DNA from: an uncultured virus (IMG/VR IMGVR_UViG_2718217636_000001)
Lineage: Duplodnaviria; Heunggongvirae; Uroviricota; Caudoviricetes
IMG/VR virus record: IMGVR_UViG_2718217636_000001
Reading direction: 5' to 3' (one strand)
Length of the DNA stretch: 21,707 bases
The translations under genes were made by a program, and so were the position numbers. Of this stretch, positions 8,063-15,645 are shown piece after piece; position 1 is the stretch's first letter, and each line of letters begins with the position of its first letter. The notes under the pieces are model-generated. The model did no database searches, was not told the DNA's origin, and saw only the letters and a list, made by a program, of their open reading frames with translations.

Positions 8063-8522
8063 CGGACGCTCCCGGCGCGAGCGACCACAGGATCGCCTTC
8101 GGGGAGCCGGACTCACGAGTCTCGATCTCGTGCCGAACGAGGCCATCCCGTTCCAGGCTCACCAACGCTCTCGTTACGACCCACAGCTTCGGCATCCGAA
8201 TGGCTCGGGCGAGCATGAACGAGCTAATCCGAAGCTGTGGATACGCACGCAGGTGCGCTATCACCTGCGGCTTGATCTCGCGGTACAGGAAGTCTCTCTG
8301 ACCCCTGGCTCGCCGGTCGACATCGCCTTGCAGTTCCCGCACGTACCGCATCACGGTCCGCTCGTCGACCCCGATGCGGCTGGCGATCACAGCCGTGTCC
8401 GTGATGCCGACGCGCAGCAGCTCCGCGGCCTTCTTCTTCCGCTCAGCTCGCTTCCGCCGGACGACCGCGATAGCGGCCGCCCGCGAGTCGACCGTAGAGG
8501 CAGCTGCGTGCCTGTAACTCAC
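8052..8522 (-). CDS. HTH / winged-helix DNA-binding protein
   Basis: GTG 8522 (GTGA overlap, GGAGG). HTH 'TAVIASRIGVDERTVMRYVREL' plus a second wHTH 'SSFMLARAIRM...VTRALVSLERDGLV'. Confidence 0.75.
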   Translation of the reverse strand: MSYRHAAASTVDSRAAAIAVVRRKRAERKKKAAELLRVGITDTAVIASRIGVDERTVMRYVRELQGDVDRRARGQRDFLYREIKPQVIAHLRAYPQLRISSFMLARAIRMPKLWVVTRALVSLERDGLVRHEIETRESGSPKAILWSLAPGASDER

Positions 8523-8977
8523 TGCGGCTGCCCTTCCTCCACGTCGTCGAACGCCGCCACGACGGCTTCGACCGCGCCTTCGGCCGGCTGCAGCTCGGCG
8601 GCTGGCGGCTCCCAGTTGGGCCGGGACGCGACCATGGCCAGGTACAGCCAGGCCGGCAGCTGCGCCCACACCATGGGGTCGGCGCTGTACTTGCGTTCAG
8701 TGACGGTCATCAGACCGGCCGATCGGTCCGCCTTCCGGTTCGGGCCGCTCAAGTCGTACCGGACGAGGGTCCAGGCGCGATCCGGCGTCCATTCCCACTG
8801 GTACGTGGCCTTGTGGGGGTAGAAGTCACGCTGGCCAGGCCGGACGACGGCCTCGGCGGCGGCGAAGTGGTCGTGAACGGTGACCGTCACCTTCTTCCGA
8901 GCAACCATCACCCAGCCAGGCGCGGCCGCGGGGCTGTCGGCGGTCGACGGGGGGTCGAACAGGGTGTCGCTGTCCAT
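8519..8977 (-). CDS. Hypothetical protein
   Basis: GAAAGGAA plus ATG 8977. 152 aa with high-GC3 codons. Confidence 0.7.
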   Translation of the reverse strand: MDSDTLFDPPSTADSPAAAPGWVMVARKKVTVTVHDHFAAAEAVVRPGQRDFYPHKATYQWEWTPDRAWTLVRYDLSGPNRKADRSAGLMTVTERKYSADPMVWAQLPAWLYLAMVASRPNWEPPAAELQPAEGAVEAVVAAFDDVEEGQPQ

Positions 8978-8990
8978 GAGGGGTTTCCTT

Positions 8991-9752
8991 TCAGAGAAGG
9001 GCGAGTTGTTCATGGGCGGGGCGTCGCGAGGCTGGGACCGGCGGGGTTCTCCGCCAGGAGGCGAGGTCGTATCCGCCGTCCCACGGGTCCAGGTCGTGCG
9101 GGGGCTGGTCGAAGTCGAACAGGCCGGGCGGCGGCGGCTCGTCGTCGCGGAGCAGCGCGTCACGCCAGCCGAGAATGGTGGGGATCGACCGGTCCGGCCC
9201 GGCGCGCTGCGGGTAGGTGCCGTCAACAGACAGGGCCCAGCGGACCGTCCGGTAGCGGAGCAGCGAGTTGACGCGGCCGACATGCGTCCACAGGCCGATC
9301 GAGTTGGCGACTCGTCCGAGGTTCTCGGCGGCGTCCGACAGCTTCCACGCCGTGGTGCCGCCGACGAACAGGCAGTCGAAGTCCTCCCAGTCCCACAGCG
9401 GGCAGAACTCCATGTAGTCCTGCGCGACCAGCGCGGCCGGGAGACCCATGGCGCGGATCTCGCGCAGCATGTGCCGTGACCGCGCCACCGTGGCGAACGC
9501 GTTCCCGACCACGTCGGGCGCGGTCACGAACAGGCACCGGTCGGCGTGCGGCACGAACCGCTCCAGCCACCGCAGGTACTTCCGGTCGTCCGGGTACTTG
9601 CCGCTGAACACCGCGTTGTCCACGCCGAACAAGCCCTGCTTGGGGACGCCGTTGCCGGAGGCCGGGTTGAGGATCGCCCCCAACCGGCCGCCGACGATCT
9701 CGGCGCGGATGGACGGGGTCGACGGCGGCGCGAGGTAGAGCGGCCCGCTCAT
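8991..9752 (-). CDS. Putative TGT/DpdA-like (guanine transglycosylase-fold) TIM-barrel protein
   Basis: Ordered motifs VDNAVF, APDVVG, VAQD, LFVGG, WTHVGRVNS and SVDGT parallel the TGT motifs DSGGF, D, VQG, AIGG, HxLG and D.D. ATGA overlap with the upstream gene. Confidence 0.6.
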   Translation of the reverse strand: MSGPLYLAPPSTPSIRAEIVGGRLGAILNPASGNGVPKQGLFGVDNAVFSGKYPDDRKYLRWLERFVPHADRCLFVTAPDVVGNAFATVARSRHMLREIRAMGLPAALVAQDYMEFCPLWDWEDFDCLFVGGTTAWKLSDAAENLGRVANSIGLWTHVGRVNSLLRYRTVRWALSVDGTYPQRAGPDRSIPTILGWRDALLRDDEPPPPGLFDFDQPPHDLDPWDGGYDLASWRRTPPVPASRRPAHEQLALL

Positions 9753-10219
9753 TGGTCGTGAGCCGATTTGCGGAGCGCGGCCCGCAGCTCAGCGCGCCTG
9801 CCCGCGCCGAGGTCCCGGATGCCGCGCACCTCTTCCTCGCTGAGCTTCGCCAGGTCTCGGAGGGTGAAGATGCCTGCCCGCGCCAACGTGTTCACGAGCG
9901 CGACGGACACCCCAGGCAGGTCGCTGACGTTGGTTTTGACCGGCCGCAAGGAGTAGCGCACCAGGTCGGCCGTGGTCGTGGTCTGCGCGGCGAGCTGGTC
10001 CACGATCTCGTCGCGCCAGGCGCGGACCTGCCCGCCGTACTCGGCCTCCTCCTGGTGCTTGGGGCACATCCCGGGCTCGGCTCTGTCGCAGCCGAAACAG
10101 TCGCCCAGCCACGGGCGCTCCTCGGCGTCGTCGGCGTAGTCGCCGAGCCGGTCGAGGAGGTGATCCCAAACCTCGTGGGTCAGCGTGACGGTCAGTTCGC
10201 GGTTCAGGTCGGTGGCCAC
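9749..10219 (-). CDS. Protein with a C-terminal RNA polymerase alpha-CTD-like (HhH) domain
   Basis: GGAGG plus GTG 10219. CFGC...CPKH in the N-terminal part. C-terminal VSDLPGVSVALVNTLARAGIFTLRDLAKLSEEEVRGIRDLGAGRRAEL matches the alpha-CTD pattern. Confidence 0.75.
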   Translation of the reverse strand: MATDLNRELTVTLTHEVWDHLLDRLGDYADDAEERPWLGDCFGCDRAEPGMCPKHQEEAEYGGQVRAWRDEIVDQLAAQTTTTADLVRYSLRPVKTNVSDLPGVSVALVNTLARAGIFTLRDLAKLSEEEVRGIRDLGAGRRAELRAALRKSAHDQ

Positions 10220-10236
10220 GAAAACCTCCAGGTCAG

Positions 10237-10662
10237 TTAAGCGCGCTCGCCGCGGCAGAGGTGGCACCACTCGGAGCGGGCCACGGACGTGCAGCCGTGG
10301 CAGTGGGTGCCGTGCAGGGTCAGCAGGTGCAGCTGGAAGGCGTTGAGCGCGCCGCCCTGATTCAGCGCGGCCACGTGGGGGTCGTGCGGCCAGGTGTGCG
10401 GCAGGTGGCATTTGAGGTAGGCGTTGCCGAACGCGGGCCAGCGCCGCCCGGTGCCGACCGTCACTCCGGCTACCGTGATCTCCACCCGCTCACTGCCGAG
10501 CGTCACGTCGATGCCGTCGATGGGCCGGTGGTCGTGCACCATGTGGCCGACGCACGGGGCAGGGCGGCCGCCAGGCCAGCCGAGCTGGGCGTTGATCGCG
10601 TCGATCGCGGTGACAACCGCCTCGGGGACGTCGTCGATGCAAGGTCCGCTGTTCCACGTCAT
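10237..10662 (-). CDS. Cys/His-rich hypothetical protein
   Basis: GAAGGAG plus ATG 10662. 141 aa with C-terminal CHGC...CHLC. Confidence 0.7.
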   Translation of the reverse strand: MTWNSGPCIDDVPEAVVTAIDAINAQLGWPGGRPAPCVGHMVHDHRPIDGIDVTLGSERVEITVAGVTVGTGRRWPAFGNAYLKCHLPHTWPHDPHVAALNQGGALNAFQLHLLTLHGTHCHGCTSVARSEWCHLCRGERA

Positions 10663-10733
10663 GCGAAGCTCCTTCGGGGATGGTGGCGCTAGCCGTACCG
10701 CTTGCGACAACGGCCAGCGCCCGAGGTGAGAGA

Positions 10734-12353
10734 TCAGCAGGGGATGACGACGGCGACCGTGAGGACCGACAGCCCGGCCGCCGCGAACGCGTCCTTGGGG
10801 AGCGGGATGATCTCGCCTTCCCAGTCCTCGACGAGCTGCCGGAAGTCCTGAGCGGCCTTGACCTGGCTGAAGGTGATCCCGGCGCCCATGACGGCGACGA
10901 GCCGGCCGCCGGGCTTCACGAACTGCAGGGCGTGGACGACGTGCGCGATGTCCTGCCCGCGTGAGAACGGCGGGTTCATCAGAACCCGATCAAACCGGTC
11001 CGGGAAGTGGCTCGGCGCGGCCTGCAGAAAGTCGCCCGTGGTTAGGCCGACGATGCCGGGCACGTCGAGCAGATCCTTAGACAGCTGCGGATACCGCTTG
11101 ATGCAATGAACCTCGCAGCCAGCCGCGGCCGCCGCCTTGGCGATGGCGCCAGCACCTGCGGAGGGCTCTAGCACCACCATGCCGGGCTCCAGGCCGGCGG
11201 CGTCCAGTATCCGCGCCACCACGGCGGGCGGAGAGAAGAACGCTTCGGAGTCGCGCGGCACCTCCGGCAACGCCGCCTCGATCTTCGCGGCGAGCTCGTC
11301 CATGTTCATCTTCGGTACCTCGACCTTCGGCCTGGCCTGGCCCTTCTTCTTGGGCCGGTTCGTCGTGGTGATGGCCGGTCCGTCCTCGCCGTGCGGGCAG
11401 TCGACGGCCAGGATGTCGGTGAACTTCACCTTGTCCGGCCAGGAGTAGCCGGACTCGACGGCGACGGTCACTTTGTTGACCTTCACCACGGTGCGGCGAC
11501 GGCCTCGCATCCAGTACGTGACCATGTCGCCGACGTGCACATTGCCCTTGTGCCACATGACGTACTCGCCCGCCTCGATCGCGGCGGCGAGCTGCGCCCG
11601 GTCATATTCGAGCTGGTTGTCGAGCTGCGCCTTGCGGGCGAGCAGCCGCTCCCGGTAGTCGCCCTGGGCGGGCGCGTGGTCCTCGATGTAGCGCGGGTTC
11701 CCTCCGTAGTCGAGGTGCCTGCGCTCGTAGCCGTCCAGGCCCTTCTGGATCTGGCGCAGCTCCGCCTCAGCCGTCTCGATCCGGCGGCGGGTCACCGCCG
11801 GGGTCGCGGAGCGCCGCATCTGGGAGCCGACAGCGTTCGCGCGCTCGGCCGCGCTCTGCGCGGCGTCGTTCTCGCGGACGCTCTTGCTCATCGCCTGGTG
11901 CATGCGCTTCTGGTCGGCGCGCGCACCCCGCTCGGAATGGTGACCAACCAGGATCGGCTGGCCGCCCGCGAACCGCTCGCTCAGCTGCTCCGCCCGGTCG
12001 TGCGCGGCCGCCGCCGCGCCGGCGTGCCGGTCCGCTTTCCGTTCCAGCGCGTCGCGCCGGTCTTCCAGCCGGTCGGCCTTGTCCGCCAGGACCTGGGCGC
12101 GGTCGCGGAAGGTGTCGTCAATCTCGACCTCGACCTCGTACCCGGCCGCGCGCAGCGCCTTCGCCGCGGCGCTGATGGCGTACCGGTCGGCGACCTGGTC
12201 ACGGCTGTTGCGCAGGCCGAGCATCCGGATGGACGGGAAGAACTTGAAGCCGCCGTTCTCCCACAAGCGGATGATCTCGTACACGCCGTCGCCCTTGCGG
12301 GTGCCGTACACGAGGGTGCCGTCCTCGTGGTTGTGCTTGATGGTGATGGTCAA
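10734..12353 (-). CDS. DUF3560 domain plus amino (N6A/N4C-type) methyltransferase fusion
   Basis: DUF3560 signature GQPILVGHHSE. C-terminal MTase motif I VLEPSAGAG and motif IV FDRVLMNPPF. Start TTG 12353 after GAAGAGGG. Confidence 0.85.
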   Translation of the reverse strand: MTITIKHNHEDGTLVYGTRKGDGVYEIIRLWENGGFKFFPSIRMLGLRNSRDQVADRYAISAAAKALRAAGYEVEVEIDDTFRDRAQVLADKADRLEDRRDALERKADRHAGAAAAAHDRAEQLSERFAGGQPILVGHHSERGARADQKRMHQAMSKSVRENDAAQSAAERANAVGSQMRRSATPAVTRRRIETAEAELRQIQKGLDGYERRHLDYGGNPRYIEDHAPAQGDYRERLLARKAQLDNQLEYDRAQLAAAIEAGEYVMWHKGNVHVGDMVTYWMRGRRRTVVKVNKVTVAVESGYSWPDKVKFTDILAVDCPHGEDGPAITTTNRPKKKGQARPKVEVPKMNMDELAAKIEAALPEVPRDSEAFFSPPAVVARILDAAGLEPGMVVLEPSAGAGAIAKAAAAAGCEVHCIKRYPQLSKDLLDVPGIVGLTTGDFLQAAPSHFPDRFDRVLMNPPFSRGQDIAHVVHALQFVKPGGRLVAVMGAGITFSQVKAAQDFRQLVEDWEGEIIPLPKDAFAAAGLSVLTVAVVIPC

Positions 12354-12382
12354 CGTGCCCTCTTCTGGGTTGGTCGGGGGGA

Positions 12383-12409
12383 GGGGCGGTGGTGGGTGGC
12401 CGCCGCCCC
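12383..12409. terminator. Intergenic hairpin
   Basis: GGGGCGGTGG-tgggtgg-CCGCCGCCCC, a 10-bp stem with one imperfect pair, after the stop at 12422. Confidence 0.5.
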
Positions 12410-12421
12410 GTGACGGATGGG

Positions 12422-12697
12422 TCAGGACCGCTGGTAGGTCCAGCCGGGCGGGAGCGACACCGGCCGGCTGCAGTCGGTGCAGGTGAACCCCGCGTGCCCG
12501 GACGTCCGGTCGTCGTCGGAGACGGTGGTCGCGCTGACGACCTTGTCGCCAGCGATATAGATGGCGTGATGTTCGCCGTCCGTGGTGGTCTCCGCGATCT
12601 CCTCGCTGCCGCACGAGCTGTACGGGCAGGCCAGCGACATGCGCAGGAACACGGTCGGCGCGCTGTCGCGGCCGAGCAGCGGCGTGGCCGCGATCAC
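12422..12697 (-). CDS. Small zinc-ribbon hypothetical protein
   Basis: GTG 12697 in a GTGA overlap. 91 aa with CPYSSC...CTDC. Confidence 0.65.
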   Translation of the reverse strand: MIAATPLLGRDSAPTVFLRMSLACPYSSCGSEEIAETTTDGEHHAIYIAGDKVVSATTVSDDDRTSGHAGFTCTDCSRPVSLPPGWTYQRS

Positions 12698-13362
12698 CGA
12701 AGCGTCCTGCTGCCCGGGTCGTCCGCGGTGCGGCACATGTCCTTGTGGATGTAGCCGAGCTGGTACTGGTCGGCCAGCCCTTCCTGCGCGGCGGCGCGGA
12801 TGTTCAGCTCCAGCAGCGCGGTCGGGTTGTCCTCGCCGACGCGGCCGATCTCGACGTCCTCGGGCATCGGGTCGCCCGGCCGGACGACCTGCAGGACCCA
12901 CGCCTGCGCCTGGACGCCGTGCTCGCACAGCGGGATCCCGCTGATTGCGACCCTTCTCGGCGGGGCCGGGACGAACGGCACCTGCAGCCAGCCGTCTTCC
13001 CACGGCAGCCCCATCTCCTCGGCCAGGTCGCCCACCGCGCCCTCCGACGCGGCCAGCTTCTCCAGGCTGGAGCCGTAGATGTCCACGAACTTCTTGACGC
13101 GCCGCACGACGGCCTGCGGCGTCAGCTCGACCAGGAGGACAGCGCCGTCTGCGTGCCACCCCTCGGCCATCTGCTCCAGCTTCCCGGCGGCGTAGTAGCG
13201 GCCGTGGCCTATCTCGCCGGTCCAGGTGAGGTCACCGGCCACGTAGCGGGGCGAGTTGACGACGGCCAGGCCCTCCCGGCGGATGAGGTGGTCGTGCTCG
13301 CCCCAGCCGGGGATCCCGGCCAGGACGTACCGGGTTTCGAGGGCGATGTCGGTGATGGTCAT
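12694..13362 (-). CDS. Hypothetical protein
   Basis: ATG 13362 in an ATGA overlap after GGAAGGA. 222 aa with high-GC3 codons. Confidence 0.75.
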   Translation of the reverse strand: MTITDIALETRYVLAGIPGWGEHDHLIRREGLAVVNSPRYVAGDLTWTGEIGHGRYYAAGKLEQMAEGWHADGAVLLVELTPQAVVRRVKKFVDIYGSSLEKLAASEGAVGDLAEEMGLPWEDGWLQVPFVPAPPRRVAISGIPLCEHGVQAQAWVLQVVRPGDPMPEDVEIGRVGEDNPTALLELNIRAAAQEGLADQYQLGYIHKDMCRTADDPGSRTLR

Positions 13363-13598
13363 TTCTGAAGTCCTTCCAGGGTGCAGTCGTAAAGAAGGTG
13401 GGTGTCCATGAGGGCGTCGAGCGTGCTGGTGACGATCTCGCCGTGGCCGGGCTCGCTGCCCTCGACCCGCTCGCGGCACATCGGGCAGTTCACGCCGATC
13501 GTGTGGTTGTTGGTGTCGTGGAAGTAGCCGTGGCTGCGCGCCTTGCGGGCGATCGCGGCGCGGCCGGTCTTCGTGGCCGGGTTCGGGGAACTGCTCAT
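13359..13598 (-). CDS. Small zinc-finger hypothetical protein
   Basis: 79 aa. ATGA overlaps at both ends. CPMC...H...C. Confidence 0.7.
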   Translation of the reverse strand: MSSSPNPATKTGRAAIARKARSHGYFHDTNNHTIGVNCPMCRERVEGSEPGHGEIVTSTLDALMDTHLLYDCTLEGLQK

Positions 13599-14263
13599 TC
13601 GCCGTCCTCGCCTTCGAGGTCGGTCGCTTCGTCGCGCGCCGCCTCGGCGAAGTCCAGGTCGAACCCGCCTTCCTCGCGCAGGATCTTGTCGAGGAGTTCG
13701 GCGACTTCATCCCGGCTCGGGAGGGGCCCGGTGACCGGGTCGTACACCGGGCACGAGTCGGGGCACCGCTGGCCGGCCTCGCCGCCGCAGAGCGGGCAGG
13801 GCTCCTTGCTGGGCACGGTGTCGCGGACGTCGAAGACGCGTTCAGCGGTCCAGCCGGACCACTTGCCCTGCACGGTCTCCTCAACTTCGCCGGTGTCCGG
13901 GTTCTCCTCCGCGACGATCTTGTTGCCGCGACGGCGGGCGAGGACGCACAGCGGCTTCGCCTCGTCCAGGACTGTGCGGCCTTCCTTGGCCCAGAAGAAC
14001 GCGCTGTTGACGCGGATCGCGTCGGGCCGCTGCGCCATCATGCCGAGCGCGTTGCCGAGGGTGCGGTGCCCCATGACGCGACTGGCGTACATGCGGAACA
14101 TGTCGATCAGTTCGGGCCGGGAGGCGAGCACCGCCGCACCGTTCTCGCGGGCCGCGATCGCGGCCTGCTTGTCGGCGTGCTTACGCGCCGCCCATTCGGC
14201 GCGCTGCTCGGGGGTGAAGTTGGCGCGGGGCCGTTTCCTGGTCCTGCGGGTCGTGCTGCTCAT
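13595..14263 (-). CDS. ArdC-like N-terminal ssDNA-binding domain protein (no metalloprotease domain)
   Basis: AGAAAGGG plus ATG 14263. 'TLGNALGMMAQRPDAIRVNSAFFWAKEGRTV....KPLCVLA...VFDVRDT' matches the ArdC-N (DUF1738) pattern. C-terminal CPLC...C..SC and an acidic tail. Confidence 0.7.
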   Translation of the reverse strand: MSSTTRRTRKRPRANFTPEQRAEWAARKHADKQAAIAARENGAAVLASRPELIDMFRMYASRVMGHRTLGNALGMMAQRPDAIRVNSAFFWAKEGRTVLDEAKPLCVLARRRGNKIVAEENPDTGEVEETVQGKWSGWTAERVFDVRDTVPSKEPCPLCGGEAGQRCPDSCPVYDPVTGPLPSRDEVAELLDKILREEGGFDLDFAEAARDEATDLEGEDGE

Positions 14264-14606
14264 GGGTTGCCCTTTCTTGCTTGCTTTTTTGCTTGCGTGA
14301 TTGCGCTGGCCCCGGGACGGGCCAGCGCCGGGGCGGAGTCGGGTGGTGACTGCGGGCGGCAGGCCGAACAAGTCGGTGCCGATGGCCACGGGGTCGTCAT
14401 GGGTGTTTCTGCTCTGGGACAGGCCATAGCCGTCGTCGAGGCTTATCAGCCGAACGGCTCTGTCCCGCGCCGTCGTGAGGGGGACACCGTCCTGCTTGTA
14501 GCCACGATACGGATTCCGCTGTGGCGACAAAGCTGTCACTGATCCCCGTACGACCACGCCTGCGCCTTATCGTCGAATCATGGACGGAGCGGTCTTCACG
14601 ACTAGC

Positions 14607-14712
14607 CTCCGCCCCTCACGCCCAAGGGCGAGCTGGGTCTGTGTGGTTCTGCAGGGCCTTCAGGCACCTGCCGGACAGCGGGCTCGGGATCCCTAGGCGT
14701 GAGGGGAGGGAG
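14607..14712 (+). promoter_or_regulatory. Structured 5' leader occluding the Shine-Dalgarno of the downstream sORF
   Basis: CCCCTCACGCC (14612-14622) pairs with GGCGTGAGGGG (14696-14706). Further pairs AGGG/CCCT, CGAGC/GCTCG and CTCC/GGAG, plus an inner GCAGG-GCC-TTCA-GGC-A-CCTGC hairpin. Confidence 0.55.
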
Positions 14713-14715
14713 AGC

Positions 14716-14832
14716 ATGCTTCAGGAAGAGCAGAAACGCCACAGTAAGTGGTGGTGGCTTCCTGGCACGCTATCGGCTGCGGCCTCGATTATTCGGCTGG
14801 CGTACCAGCTGATGCGCGACCACAGCCTGTAG
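14716..14832 (+). CDS. 38-aa hydrophobic/amphipathic peptide (type I toxin-like)
   Basis: MLQEEQKRHSKWWWLPGTLSAAASIIRLAYQLMRDHSL. Strong purine-rich SD, followed directly by a hairpin. Confidence 0.55.
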   Translation: MLQEEQKRHSKWWWLPGTLSAAASIIRLAYQLMRDHSL

Positions 14833-14837
14833 AACGA

Positions 14838-14871
14838 GACGCAGCCCCGGCTTCAAGGCCGGGGCTTCGTC
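14838..14871. terminator. Hairpin terminator after the sORF / between convergent genes
   Basis: GACG-C-AGCCCCGGC-ttcaag-GCCGGGGCT-T-CGTC. Confidence 0.65.
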
Positions 14872-14946
14872 ATGTCACAGCCTCAGCCGTGACGGCCTGT
14901 TCGCTGAGGGCGGCCCGCCCCGGGCGAGGCGAAGCCGCGAGAGGGG

Positions 14947-15554
14947 CTAGTACCTGGTGGCGTCGCGGTCGTCCTGGGTGAATCCGCCGCCGCCGCGCGA
15001 CACCAGCCGCCCGGCGCGCGTCATGGTTTCGGTGGTGCGGCGGGAGGAGTACGACAGCGTCGTGTCCGCGCCGATGCCGATGTCGCCGGCCGCAACGAAC
15101 GCGTCCTGGTCCGCGCCGAGGAAAATGAACGTCCAGCCCTTCTTCTGCTGGTCTTCGATCAGGCTGCGGATCTGGCGGCGGGAGCGCCACTCCGTGGACC
15201 TGTTCTCCTGGCCGTCGGTGAGGATGACGACGCTGATGTGCCGGGGACGTCGCCCTCGGGCATGGCGTCGAACTGGTCTTGCATGCGAGTGATGGTCTGG
15301 CCGATGGCGTCGAGCAGCGCGGTCATGCCGCGCGGCTGGAGATGGTAGTTGGGGACTTCTGCCAGGGGGCGGACCTCGTACACCGTCTCGCAGTGGTCGT
15401 CGAACTGGTACAGCGACACGAGGGTCTCGCCCGGGTTGGCGGCCTGCTCGGCGAGGAACGCCCTCAGGCCACCTTCGGTGTCGTCCTTGACTTTCTGCAT
15501 GCTGCCGGAGCGGTCCAGGATGATCGTGATGTGGCGGCGGTTCGGGTTGGGCAT
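14947..15554 (-). pseudogene. von Willebrand factor A (vWA) domain protein, frameshifted (or sequencing error)
   Basis: MIDAS ILDRSGSM and GMTALLDAIG in one frame; ISVVILTDGQEN...KGWTFIFLGA in another. One base is missing at GGC AC ATC (about 15238-15240). RBS GAAAGGG. Confidence 0.8.
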
Positions 15555-15617
15555 GTCGATCCCTTTCGAGAGTGGAGGGGTTGCGCCGAGCCGGCGAGCA
15601 CCGGTTGGCGTAGAGGG

Positions 15618-15645
15618 TTAACGCAAGCAATATTGCTTGCGTTAA
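15618..15645. promoter_or_regulatory. Perfect 28-bp palindrome, putative operator
   Basis: TTAACGCAAGCAATATTGCTTGCGTTAA. Its half-site ACGCAAGCA recurs at 3491, 4922, 5158 and 14290. Confidence 0.7.

Noticed and set aside
14260..14428. 55-aa minus-strand ORF (MACPRAETP...RKGNP) whose stop overlaps the ArdC-like start
   Set aside because: No clear RBS, poor codon bias, and it runs through a hairpin and the operator-like motif. Probably chance.
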